Shown: positions 7,556-14,992 of the stretch, in pieces
How positions within the stretch are numbered: position 1 is the stretch's first letter
Layout: the number at the start of each line of letters is the position of its first letter
Assembly: GCA_964528225.1 (NCBI GenBank)
Contig: CAZGRT010000189.1
Span: 1-34,950, forward strand
DNA from: an uncultured Thermodesulfobacteriota bacterium
GTDB lineage: Bacteria > Desulfobacterota > Deferrisomatia > Deferrisomatales > JACRMM01
Direction of reading: 5' to 3'
Length of the DNA: 34,950 nucleotides
Notes under the pieces: model-generated
The model's database searches: none
What the model was told of the DNA's origin: nothing
The model's input: the letters and a program-made list of their open reading frames with translations, nothing else
Made by a program: the position numbers and the translations under genes

Positions 7556-8746
7556 TCAACCTCCTGCCACGGTCAGGTGGGGGAAGAGGGCACCGAACAG
7601 CAGGCCCGCGGCCGTGGAGAGCAAGACGACGTAGAGCACGAACACCGCGGTCTTCTTCGTTCCCAGCACGCTGCGGATCACCAGCATGTTGGGCAGCGAG
7701 AGCGCCGGGCCGGCCAGCAGCAAGGCCAGAGCCGGGCCGCTGCCCATGCCGCTCCCCAGAAGCCCCTGGAGGATCGGCACCTCGGTCAGGGTGGCGAAGT
7801 ACATCAGCGCCCCGGCCACCGCGGCGAAGAGGTTGGCTCCCAGGGAGTTGCCGCCCACGAGGGTGGCCACCCAGGAGCTCGGGACGAGGCCGCGGTCGCC
7901 GCCGGGCATGCCCAGGAGGAACCCGGCGATCAGAACTCCGGCGAAGAGGAGCGGCAGGATCTGCTTGGCGAAGCCCCACGTGGACTCCACCCACTCCCGG
8001 CGCTCGTCCCGGGAGAACCAGGCCCAGACCATGGCGAGCGTCACCAGGAGGCCGGCACCCGAGAGGTGCCACTTGAGGTCGAACACGGCCATGGCCCAGC
8101 CCACGGGCTCCCTGGGCTTGCCCCAGGCCCCGAACACCAGAACCGCGACCATGGCGACCATGTACGCCGCGTTCTTCCACAAGGGCCGGGTCGGCTCCTC
8201 CACGGGAATCGCCGCGAAGCCGGCCTGCCGCTCGGCCTCCGACGCGCGGAAGGTGAAGGCCATGAGGAGCCCCACGGCGTAGGCGAAGACCACGGCGCCC
8301 AACGCCCGGGCGATGCCGAGCTCCGGGCCCAGGACCTTGGCGGTCAAGACGATGGCCAGCACGTTGATCGCGGGTCCCGAGTAGAGGAAGGCCGTGGCCG
8401 GGCCGATGCCCGCGCCCCGGCCGTAGATGCCGGCGAAGAGGGGGAGCACGGTGCACGAGCACACCGCGAGCACCGTGCCGGAGACGGAGGCCACGGTGTA
8501 GGCCACGAAGCGGTGGGCCTTCGCGCCCAGATACTGGAGCACGGCCCCCTGGCTCACGAACACGGCGATGGCCCCGGCGATGAAGAAGGCCGGCACCAGG
8601 CAGGTGAGCACGTGGGCCCGGGCGTAGTCCTGGAGCATGGCGAAGGACTCGAGGATCGCCGACTGCACCCGGGCGTGGTCCAAGGGGACGTAGTACGCGG
8701 CGAGGAAGACGCCGGCGATCAGGAAGAGCTTGTTGCGTTCGTTCAT
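7556..8746 (-). CDS. ArsP_1/DUF318-family permease, third paralogue
   Basis: 396 aa from the ATG at 8746 (MNERNKLFLIAGV...). VSGTVLAVCSCTVLPLFAGI carries the vicinal Cys motif. The upstream part of track ORF 7556..9040 is R/G-rich and overlaps the thioredoxin gene. Confidence 0.88.
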   Translation of the reverse strand: MNERNKLFLIAGVFLAAYYVPLDHARVQSAILESFAMLQDYARAHVLTCLVPAFFIAGAIAVFVSQGAVLQYLGAKAHRFVAYTVASVSGTVLAVCSCTVLPLFAGIYGRGAGIGPATAFLYSGPAINVLAIVLTAKVLGPELGIARALGAVVFAYAVGLLMAFTFRASEAERQAGFAAIPVEEPTRPLWKNAAYMVAMVAVLVFGAWGKPREPVGWAMAVFDLKWHLSGAGLLVTLAMVWAWFSRDERREWVESTWGFAKQILPLLFAGVLIAGFLLGMPGGDRGLVPSSWVATLVGGNSLGANLFAAVAGALMYFATLTEVPILQGLLGSGMGSGPALALLLAGPALSLPNMLVIRSVLGTKKTAVFVLYVVLLSTAAGLLFGALFPHLTVAGG

Positions 8747-8796
8747 GGATGGCTCCGGCCCGGAGGCTGGGAAGCGCGAAACCCGGAAACTCCGCG

Positions 8797-9174
8797 TCAC
8801 TCGATCAGGCCCAACTCCCGGGCCTTGGCCAGCATGGGGTCCTTCTTCATCTGGCCCACGTTGCGGAACACCTCCTTGCCCCGGGCGTCGAAGAAGACCA
8901 GGGTGGGAATCAGCAGGACCTTGTAGGCCTCGGCCAGGGCCTCCTCCTGGCCCACGTGCACGAACTTGAGGAGCACCCGGTCGCCGACGGCCGCCTCGAG
9001 CTCGTCCATGGTCTTCGCCTGCTCGATGCACTGCAGGCACCGGGTCATGCCGAAGTCCACGATCAGGGGCCTGCCGGCCGCCCGGGCCTCCTCGCCCCGG
9101 GGGTCGGAAGCCCGGGCGGCCGACGTCGAAAGACAGGTCGTGAGGACGAGCAGGCCGAGAATCAGTCCCTTCAT
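8797..9174 (-). CDS. exported thioredoxin-fold protein (CxxC = CLQC)
   Basis: 125 aa. Signal peptide MKGLILGLLVLTTCLSTSAARA (possible lipobox-like LTTC). PLIVDFGMTRCLQCIEQ is the active-site region. ATGA overlap with the upstream gene. Confidence 0.85.
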   Translation of the reverse strand: MKGLILGLLVLTTCLSTSAARASDPRGEEARAAGRPLIVDFGMTRCLQCIEQAKTMDELEAAVGDRVLLKFVHVGQEEALAEAYKVLLIPTLVFFDARGKEVFRNVGQMKKDPMLAKARELGLIE

Positions 9175-9605
9175 CGCAAGCCCATCCTCTCGAGGACCGC
9201 GACCACGTCGGTCTCGGGGAGGTATCCCTCGTGGCGAAAGAACTCGCTGCCGTCGGGCCGGAGGAATACCTGGGTCGGGATCAGCCGAACCCGGTACTCC
9301 CCGGCCTTCGCGGGGTCCCGGCGCACGTCGTGGAAGATCACCTCCACCCGGCCGGGGAAGCGCTCCCGGACCGCCTCCATCACCGGCACCATGGCCTCGC
9401 AGGGCTTGCAGCCCACGCTGCCGAGTTCGAGGAAGGTGACCTTCTCGCCGGCCGCGAGGGGCTGGGCTGCCGCGGTCGGCAGGGCCTCGCTGGAGGGCTC
9501 GGCCGCGAGGTCCAGTCCGTAGAGGGCGACGGCGGCGGTGAGCGCGGCGGCCCCGGCCAGGAAGAGGAAAGGGACGAGGAACCTGCGCCGTGACTTCTCG
9601 ATCAC
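9171..9605 (-). CDS. membrane-anchored thioredoxin-fold protein, TlpA/ResA-like (CxxC = CKPC)
   Basis: GTG at 9605 overlaps the upstream stop (GTGA) and follows GGAGGG. N-terminal anchor RRRFLVPFLFLAGAAALTAAVALYG, then VTFLELGSVGCKPCEAMVP. Confidence 0.8.
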   Translation of the reverse strand: MIEKSRRRFLVPFLFLAGAAALTAAVALYGLDLAAEPSSEALPTAAAQPLAAGEKVTFLELGSVGCKPCEAMVPVMEAVRERFPGRVEVIFHDVRRDPAKAGEYRVRLIPTQVFLRPDGSEFFRHEGYLPETDVVAVLERMGLR

Positions 9606-9997
9606 TTCGTCCCTCCGGCGAGGTGGGCCTCCCACGCCTGGTAGAAGTCCCGTTCGGCGAAGAACCCGTCGAAGCGGGCCACCCGGCGGCCCCGGCCGTC
9701 GAGCAGGAAGACCACCGGCACGGCCAGGATGCCCAGTTCCCTGGCCGCCTTGGGGGTCGCCTTGAGGTCGATGGTCTCGCGCCGGAACCCCCACGGGTTG
9801 CCGGCGAGGAAGTTCACAACCTCCTGCTCCCCGGCCACGCAGAGGCTCGCCTCGCAGTCGCACGCATCGCTCTTGGTGACGAAGACCAGGGTAGGGGAGG
9901 CCCCTTCGGGGAGCCCGGCCCGAGCCGAGGTCCCGAGGAAAAGGAAGAGGAGTAGGAGGGCGAGAACGCCTCCGCCCATGCTGTGACGATGGGGCAT
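9602..9997 (-). CDS. exported thioredoxin-fold-like protein with a CxCx4C triad instead of CxxC
   Basis: ATG at 9997 after GGAGGAGGAG. Signal-like GGGVLALLLLFLFLGTSARA. TLVFVTKSDACDCEASLCVAG occupies the position where a Trx CxxC would sit. A ...LAVPVVFLLDG... strand is typical of the fold. First gene of the operon. Confidence 0.7.
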   Translation of the reverse strand: MPHRHSMGGGVLALLLLFLFLGTSARAGLPEGASPTLVFVTKSDACDCEASLCVAGEQEVVNFLAGNPWGFRRETIDLKATPKAARELGILAVPVVFLLDGRGRRVARFDGFFAERDFYQAWEAHLAGGTK

Positions 9998-10112
9998 CCG
10001 GGCAACTCCTCCTCCGGCAGGACCCCGAGAACGAGCACTCCCCGGGATCATTTCCGCGCAGACCAGGAGCTTACGCCCACGCATTCCCCTATGGCAAGCG
10101 CATTAATCGTTT

Positions 10113-10130
10113 TTCGACGATGTTGTCGAA
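10113..10130. promoter_or_regulatory. perfect inverted repeat TTCGAC-N6-GTCGAA, candidate ArsR operator in the divergent promoter region
   Basis: Lies in the relatively AT-rich 176-nt gap between the Trx/permease operon (start 9997, minus) and arsR-arsC-acr3 (start 10174, plus). Overlaps a possible -35 (TTGTCG) for the TATTTT -10 at 10144-10149. Confidence 0.45.
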
Positions 10131-10173
10131 TTGCACATGTCCATATTTTCCTTTCTATTAGGAGTTGACCTAC

Positions 10174-10575
10174 ATGTCGGCTGCTGGCAAGATCGCTCTG
10201 TGTCGTTTTTCGATTCCGGAGGCCGCCGTGGAACTGCTGATCGCACTGAAAGCCTTGGCCGACGAGTCGCGCCTGCGGATCGTCTGGATGCTGGAGCAGC
10301 GGCCCCTGTGCGCCTGCGAGATCCAGGCAGTGCTCGGCCTGGCCCAGTCCACCGTGTCCCGACACCTGCAGATCCTGGAGGACGCCGGCTTCGTCGCCTC
10401 GGAGCGCGTCGGCCCGTGGAAGAACTACCGACTCCACCCGGTTCCGGCGCCCGCGGTCCAGGGACTGCTCGCCCAGGCGAGGCTGGCCGCTGCCGGGACC
10501 GGGGAAGCCAGCCAGGTCCGCGAGGCGGCCCGGCAGGCCTGCCGGGAAGACCTGTGCGGGAAGAGCGCGGCCTGA
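10174..10575 (+). CDS. arsR: ArsR-family arsenic-responsive repressor
   Basis: ATG at 10174 lies 9 nt after AGGAG (the track gives TTG 10165). LKALADESRLRIVWMLEQRPLCACEIQAVLGLAQSTVSRHLQIL includes a CAC site. Two more Cys lie near the C-terminus. Confidence 0.9.
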   Translation: MSAAGKIALCRFSIPEAAVELLIALKALADESRLRIVWMLEQRPLCACEIQAVLGLAQSTVSRHLQILEDAGFVASERVGPWKNYRLHPVPAPAVQGLLAQARLAAAGTGEASQVREAARQACREDLCGKSAA

Positions 10576-10582
10576 GGAGCCC

Positions 10583-11020
10583 GTGAAACGGCGCACTCTC
10601 TTCCTCTGCACCGGCAACTCGTGCCGAAGCCAGATGGCCGAGGGGTGGCTGCGCCATCTCGGGGGCGACCGGTACGAAGCGCTCTCCGCCGGGACCCGGC
10701 CCCACGGGGTCAACCCGCTGGCCTGCCGTTCCATGGCCGAGGTCGGGGTGGACCTCTCGGGACAACGCTCCAAGTCGGTGGACGAGTTCCTCGGCGAGAA
10801 TCTGGACCTGCTCGTCACGGTGTGCGGCGGGGCAGAGGAGTCGTGCCCGGTGTTCCGCGGCCGGGTGAAGGAGCGCCGGCACTGGCCCTTCGACGACCCG
10901 GCGGAGGCGGGGGGCACGGAGGACGAAAGGATGTCGGTGTTCCGCCGTGTGCGGGACGAGATCCGCGACGCCGTGGAGGGCCTGCTGCGCGAAGACGGCA
11001 CACCGCGGGGCGGCCTCTGA
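10583..11020 (+). CDS. arsC: arsenate reductase, LMW-PTP / thioredoxin-coupled type
   Basis: 145 aa. P-loop [16 protein letters not shown] (CX5R) plus the downstream Cys pair [10 protein letters not shown], typical of Trx-coupled ArsC. Confidence 0.92.
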   Translation: MKRRTLFLCTGNSCRSQMAEGWLRHLGGDRYEALSAGTRPHGVNPLACRSMAEVGVDLSGQRSKSVDEFLGENLDLLVTVCGGAEESCPVFRGRVKERRHWPFDDPAEAGGTEDERMSVFRRVRDEIRDAVEGLLREDGTPRGGL

Positions 11021-11051
11021 GCCCCGTTCGCTGACGCACGAGGAGGTGGCC

Positions 11052-12122
11052 ATGTCCGGCGTCGCCCGAAGACTCTCGTTTCTCGACCGCTACCTGACGC
11101 TCTGGATCTTCCTGGCGATGGCGGCGGGGGTCCTGGGGGGCTGGGCCTTCCCCGACGTGAAGGACGTGATCAACGTCTTCCAGGTCGGCACGACGAACAT
11201 CCCCATCGCCGCCGGCCTGATCCTGATGATGTACCCGCCTCTGGCCAAGGTGAAGTACGAGGAACTGCCCCGGGTCTTCCGGAACCTGCGCGTCCTCGCC
11301 CTCTCCCTGGTGCAGAACTGGGTGGTGGGCCCGGTCCTCATGTTCCTCCTCGCGATCACGATGCTCGGCGGCTACCACGAGTACATGGTTGGGCTGATCC
11401 TGATCGGCCTGGCCCGTTGCATCGCCATGGTGATCGTGTGGAACGACCTCGCGAAGGGCGATACCGAGTACTGCGCGGGGCTGGTGGCGTTCAACTCGAT
11501 CTTTCAGGTGCTCTTCTTCTCCGTGTACGCGTGGTTCTTCATCACGTGGCTCCCCCCGAAGCTCGGCGTCGCCGGTGCCACGGTCGACATCACGATCGGC
11601 CAGATCGCGGAGAGCGTCTTCATCTATCTGGGAGTCCCCTTCCTCGGCGGCATGATCTCCCGGTTCGTGGGTCTCAAGACCAAGGGTCGCCAGTGGTACG
11701 AGACCAGGTTCATCCCCCGGGTGGGTCCGATCACACTGATCGCCCTCCTGTTCACGATCCTCGTGATGTTCAGCCTCAAGGGCGAGTACATCGTGCAGTT
11801 GCCGATGGACGTGGTCCGGATCGCGGTGCCCCTGACGATCTACTTCCTGGTCATGTTCTTCGTGTCCTTCTGGATGAGCCGCAAGGTGGGGGCGACCTAC
11901 GGCCAGACCGCCACGCTGTCCTTCACCGCGGCCTCGAACAACTTCGAGCTCGCCATCGCCGTCGCCGTCGCCGTGTTCGGGATCGACTCCGGTGAGGCCT
12001 TCGCCGCGGTCATCGGGCCGCTGGTCGAGGTGCCCGTGCTGATCGGCCTGGTCAACGTGGCGCTCCGGCTGCAGAGGAGGCACTTCTCCCCCGGCGTGGC
12101 CTCCGGGGCCGCCCGGGCCTGA
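11052..12122 (+). CDS. acr3: arsenite efflux transporter, ACR3 family
   Basis: ATG at 11052 after [33 protein letters not shown]...[22 protein letters not shown] is typical of ACR3. 356 aa, polytopic. Confidence 0.93.
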   Translation: MSGVARRLSFLDRYLTLWIFLAMAAGVLGGWAFPDVKDVINVFQVGTTNIPIAAGLILMMYPPLAKVKYEELPRVFRNLRVLALSLVQNWVVGPVLMFLLAITMLGGYHEYMVGLILIGLARCIAMVIVWNDLAKGDTEYCAGLVAFNSIFQVLFFSVYAWFFITWLPPKLGVAGATVDITIGQIAESVFIYLGVPFLGGMISRFVGLKTKGRQWYETRFIPRVGPITLIALLFTILVMFSLKGEYIVQLPMDVVRIAVPLTIYFLVMFFVSFWMSRKVGATYGQTATLSFTAASNNFELAIAVAVAVFGIDSGEAFAAVIGPLVEVPVLIGLVNVALRLQRRHFSPGVASGAARA

Positions 12123-12138
12123 GACCGAGGCACCAACC

Positions 12139-12165
12139 CTCCGCGGGGCAACGCCCCTTGCGGAG
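12139..12165 (+). terminator. GC-rich stem-loop after acr3 (candidate terminator, no U-tract)
   Basis: CTCCGCGGGGC-aac-GCCCC(tt)GCGGAG begins 17 nt after the stop codon. One 2-nt bulge. The following sequence is not T-rich. Confidence 0.4.
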
Positions 12166-12195
12166 TCCTGACTCCGCCGGAGACAGATCCGCCGC

Positions 12196-12228
12196 TTGGT
12201 CCCGGACGCCCGACGTCGTATCCTGAGG
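12196..12228 (+). promoter_or_regulatory. putative promoter TTGGTC-17 nt-TATCCT carrying the second copy of the 17-mer GACGTCGTATCCTGAGG
   Basis: -35 at 12196-12201, -10 at 12219-12224, 17-mer at 12212-12228. This argues against the track start (TTG 12196) for the binding-protein gene. Confidence 0.45.
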
Positions 12229-12258
12229 CGTCGTGCCCCCTGCAGACCGGAGCCTCCG

Positions 12259-13107
12259 GTGGCCGCACCCCGATGGTTGGCCCGCATCCTGGCCCTCACG
12301 GCCGCCCTCGTCGTGCAGCCGGCCGCCGCACGGGCGGCTCCGCGCTCCCTCGAGGTGTTCGCGGGTTCGGCCTCGAAACCCGCCGTCCAGGAGCTCGCCG
12401 CAGCCTTCGAGCAGCGCGCCGGCATCCGGGTGCACGTCCACTTCGGCGGGTCCGGCGCCGTGCTCTCCCAGATGCAGCTCGCCCGGAGGGGCGACGTCTA
12501 CCTCCCCGGCTCCTCCGACTTCATGGAGCTCGCCAAGCGCCGCGCGCTGGTGGATCCCCTGACGGAGGTGCGGTTGTTCTACCTGGTGCCCGCCATCGCC
12601 GTGGCCCGCGGGAACCCCGAGGGGATCCGGTCCCTCGAAGACCTGGCGCGGCCGGGGCTTCGGGTCGGGATCGCCCGCCCCGAGACGGTGTGCGTCGGCC
12701 TCTACGGAGTCGAGGCCCTGGAGCGCAGCGGGCTGGCGGAGCGCGTGCGGCCCAACATCGTCAACTGGGCGGAGTCCTGCGAGAAGACCGCGCAGATGCT
12801 CGCTCTGGGCCTGGTAGACGCCGTACTGGGCTGGGACGTGTTCGACGACTGGGACCCGGCCCGCATCGAGACCGTGCCGTACCCGCCGGAGAGGGTGCCC
12901 CGGATCGGATACGCGCCGGCCGCGGTCTCGGTCTTCGCGCGGGAGCCGGACCTCTCCCGGCAGTTCCTCGCCTTCCTCTCCGGGCCGGAAGGCCGGGAGG
13001 CGTTTCGCCGCCACGGCTACCTGGCGGTCCTCGAGGATGCCAGGGCTCTCGCGCGCCCGGACACGCCGGTGGGCGGGGAGTTCCCGCTTCCCGGGGGATG
13101 GAGATGA
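12259..13107 (+). CDS. periplasmic substrate-binding protein of a molybdate/tungstate-type (ModA/WtpA-like) oxyanion ABC transporter
   Basis: GTG at 12259 lies 6 nt after GGAG. Signal peptide AAPRWLARILALTAALVVQPAAARA. LEVFAGSASKPAVQELAAAFEQRAGIRVHVHFGGSGAVLSQM...GDVYLPGSSDFM matches the PBP2 ModA-like pattern. The track ORF begins at 12196. Confidence 0.8.
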   Translation: MAAPRWLARILALTAALVVQPAAARAAPRSLEVFAGSASKPAVQELAAAFEQRAGIRVHVHFGGSGAVLSQMQLARRGDVYLPGSSDFMELAKRRALVDPLTEVRLFYLVPAIAVARGNPEGIRSLEDLARPGLRVGIARPETVCVGLYGVEALERSGLAERVRPNIVNWAESCEKTAQMLALGLVDAVLGWDVFDDWDPARIETVPYPPERVPRIGYAPAAVSVFAREPDLSRQFLAFLSGPEGREAFRRHGYLAVLEDARALARPDTPVGGEFPLPGGWR

Positions 13108-13886
13108 GCCTGCGCCGGGGCGCGTTCTCGGCCGTTCTCGGGGCCGCCGTGCTCGCTGCCCTGGCCGTGGTGGGCACGATCCTCTTCTCCCAGTTGGGCC
13201 AGACCGGCCTCCAGGGGCCCTTCGGGGCGCTCGCCCAGCCGCAGATCCGGCGGGCGGTCCTGCTGAGCCTCGGCACGTCGACGTTCGCCTCCGTGCTGGC
13301 CCTGCTCCTGGCCGTGCCGGCCGCCTACGGCCTGGCGAGGTCCCGTTTCCCCGGGTCCGCCGCCCTCGACGTGGTCCTGGACCTCCCCATCGTCCTTTCC
13401 CCGGTGGCCCTGGGCGTCTCCTGGCTGCTGTTCTTCGGCACCCCCTCCGGGCGGTGGATCGAGACGCACCTCCTGCGCTTCGTCTTCGAGGTGCCGGGCA
13501 TCGTACTTGCCCAGTTCACCGTGGCCCTGGCCCTCTCCATCCGGGTGCTCAAGGCCTCCTTCCAGGCCGTGGACGTGCGCTACGAACAGGTGGCCCGCTT
13601 CCTCGGATGCACCCCTGCCGGGGCTTTTCGCCGCGTGACCCTCCCGATGGCGCGCCGAGGGCTCCTCGCCGCGTTCATCCTGGGCTGGGCGCGGTCGGTG
13701 GGGGAGTTCGGGGCCACGGTGACCCTGGCCGGAGCGGTTCCGGGCAAGACCGAGACCATCCCCGTGGCCATCTACCTGCGGCTCGCGTCGGCGGACATCC
13801 CGGGGGCGGTGGCCTTGATCCTGCTGCTCTCGGGCACCGGCCTGCTCGCCCTGGCGGCGGTGCGACTCCTCGGGGAGGCGCGGTGA
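13098..13886 (+). CDS. ABC transporter permease, ModB/CysTW-like
   Basis: ATG at 13098, or ATG at 13104 which makes an ATGA overlap with the upstream stop. The WARSVGEFGATVTLAGAVPGKTETIPVAIY loop is typical of ModB-type permeases. Confidence 0.88.
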   Translation: MEMSLRRGAFSAVLGAAVLAALAVVGTILFSQLGQTGLQGPFGALAQPQIRRAVLLSLGTSTFASVLALLLAVPAAYGLARSRFPGSAALDVVLDLPIVLSPVALGVSWLLFFGTPSGRWIETHLLRFVFEVPGIVLAQFTVALALSIRVLKASFQAVDVRYEQVARFLGCTPAGAFRRVTLPMARRGLLAAFILGWARSVGEFGATVTLAGAVPGKTETIPVAIYLRLASADIPGAVALILLLSGTGLLALAAVRLLGEAR

Positions 13887-14974
13887 TCCGCTGCGAAGGA
13901 CTCTGCGTCCGCTTCGGCTCCTTCCGGCTGGAAGAAGTCGACCTCGCGGTGGAGGCGGGGGAGAGCTTCTTCGTCCTCGGGCCGTCCGGTGCCGGCAAGA
14001 CCCTGCTTCTCGAATCGCTGCTGGGCGTGCGGCCCCTGGAGAGCGGCCGCGTGCTCCTGGACGGCCGGGACGCGACCCGCCTGCCGCCGGAGGCCCGCAA
14101 CGTGGCGTACGTGCCGCAGGACCTGGCCCTCTTCCCCCACCTCTCGGTGCGCGAGAACGTACTCTTCGGGCTCCGGGCCCGGGGACTGAGCCCGCCGGAC
14201 CTCTCCGAGCGCCTCTCCCGTTGGGTGGAGCTGCTCAACCTCTCCCCGGTGATCGACCGACGAGACACCGCCACCCTGTCGGGGGGGGAGCGCCAGCGGG
14301 TGGCTCTCGCCCGGGCCCTGGTGACCGAGCCCCGGGTGCTCTTCATGGACGAGCCCTTCTCGGCCCTGGACGCATCGCTGCGCCGGCGCCTCCAGCTCGA
14401 ATTCCGGGAGCTTCAGCGCCGCCTGGGCCTGACCCTGGTCCAGGTGACCCACGACCCGGAGGAGGCCTTCCTCATGGCCGACCGCATGGCGATCCTCATG
14501 GGGGGGCGGATCGAGCAGACGGGGCGGCCGGCCGCCTTGTACAACCGCCCCGCCACCCTCCGGGTCGCGCGGTTCCTGATGCTGCAGAACCTCTACCCCG
14601 CCCGGGTGGGCTCGAGGACGGAGGAAGGCCGGCGCCGCCTCGAGGTCGAGGGCGGAGGAGTCTCGTTCGAGGCCGTGGCGTCGGAGGAATTCCCGCAGGG
14701 CAGCCGCGTCACGGTCGGCATCCGGCCCGAGGAGGTGATCCTCGTCCGGCCGGACCGGGAGCCGGACGACCCTCGGCGCCCGAACCTGCACCGGGGGACC
14801 GTGGAAAGCTGGGTGGACCTCGGGCATTACCGCCTGGTGCGACTTAGCCTCGGCGACCTGGCCCTGGACGCCTGGCTCAACATCCGGGCGGCCCGGGAGT
14901 ATCCGATGGAGGCGGGGGCACAGGTCTGGTTCCACGTGCGGCCCGGGAGCCTGTGCCTCCTGCCGCCGGAGTGA
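13883..14974 (+). CDS. ABC transporter ATP-binding protein with C-terminal TOBE-like domain (ModC/WtpC-like)
   Basis: GTG at 13883 overlaps the upstream stop (GTGA) after GGGGAGG. Walker A GPSGAGKT, signature LSGGERQRVALARAL, Walker B VLFMDEP, H-loop VTHD. About 120-aa C-terminal beta-rich domain. Confidence 0.9.
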   Translation: MIRCEGLCVRFGSFRLEEVDLAVEAGESFFVLGPSGAGKTLLLESLLGVRPLESGRVLLDGRDATRLPPEARNVAYVPQDLALFPHLSVRENVLFGLRARGLSPPDLSERLSRWVELLNLSPVIDRRDTATLSGGERQRVALARALVTEPRVLFMDEPFSALDASLRRRLQLEFRELQRRLGLTLVQVTHDPEEAFLMADRMAILMGGRIEQTGRPAALYNRPATLRVARFLMLQNLYPARVGSRTEEGRRRLEVEGGGVSFEAVASEEFPQGSRVTVGIRPEEVILVRPDREPDDPRRPNLHRGTVESWVDLGHYRLVRLSLGDLALDAWLNIRAAREYPMEAGAQVWFHVRPGSLCLLPPE

Positions 14975-14992
14975 ACCGGAGTCCGATCGCCT

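Noticed and set aside
6140-9997. Possible selenocysteine (in-frame TGA) recoding in the thioredoxin-fold/redox genes.
   Set aside because: Every gene in the operon reads through its active-site region with ordinary Cys codons. The TGA codons sit at gene ends with overlapping downstream starts. No SECIS-like hairpin was noted after them.
12196-12258. Track start (TTG 12196) for the ModA-like binding protein, and a possible Moco/tungsten-cofactor riboswitch in the leader (GAGCCTCCGG segment).
   Set aside because: The TTG coincides with the -35 of a promoter-like element, and the extension is Arg-rich. GTG 12259 has a GGAG RBS and starts a normal signal peptide. The leader would be only about 30 nt, too short for the Moco RNA motif, and I cannot match its conserved stems by eye. 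A covariance-model scan would settle it.
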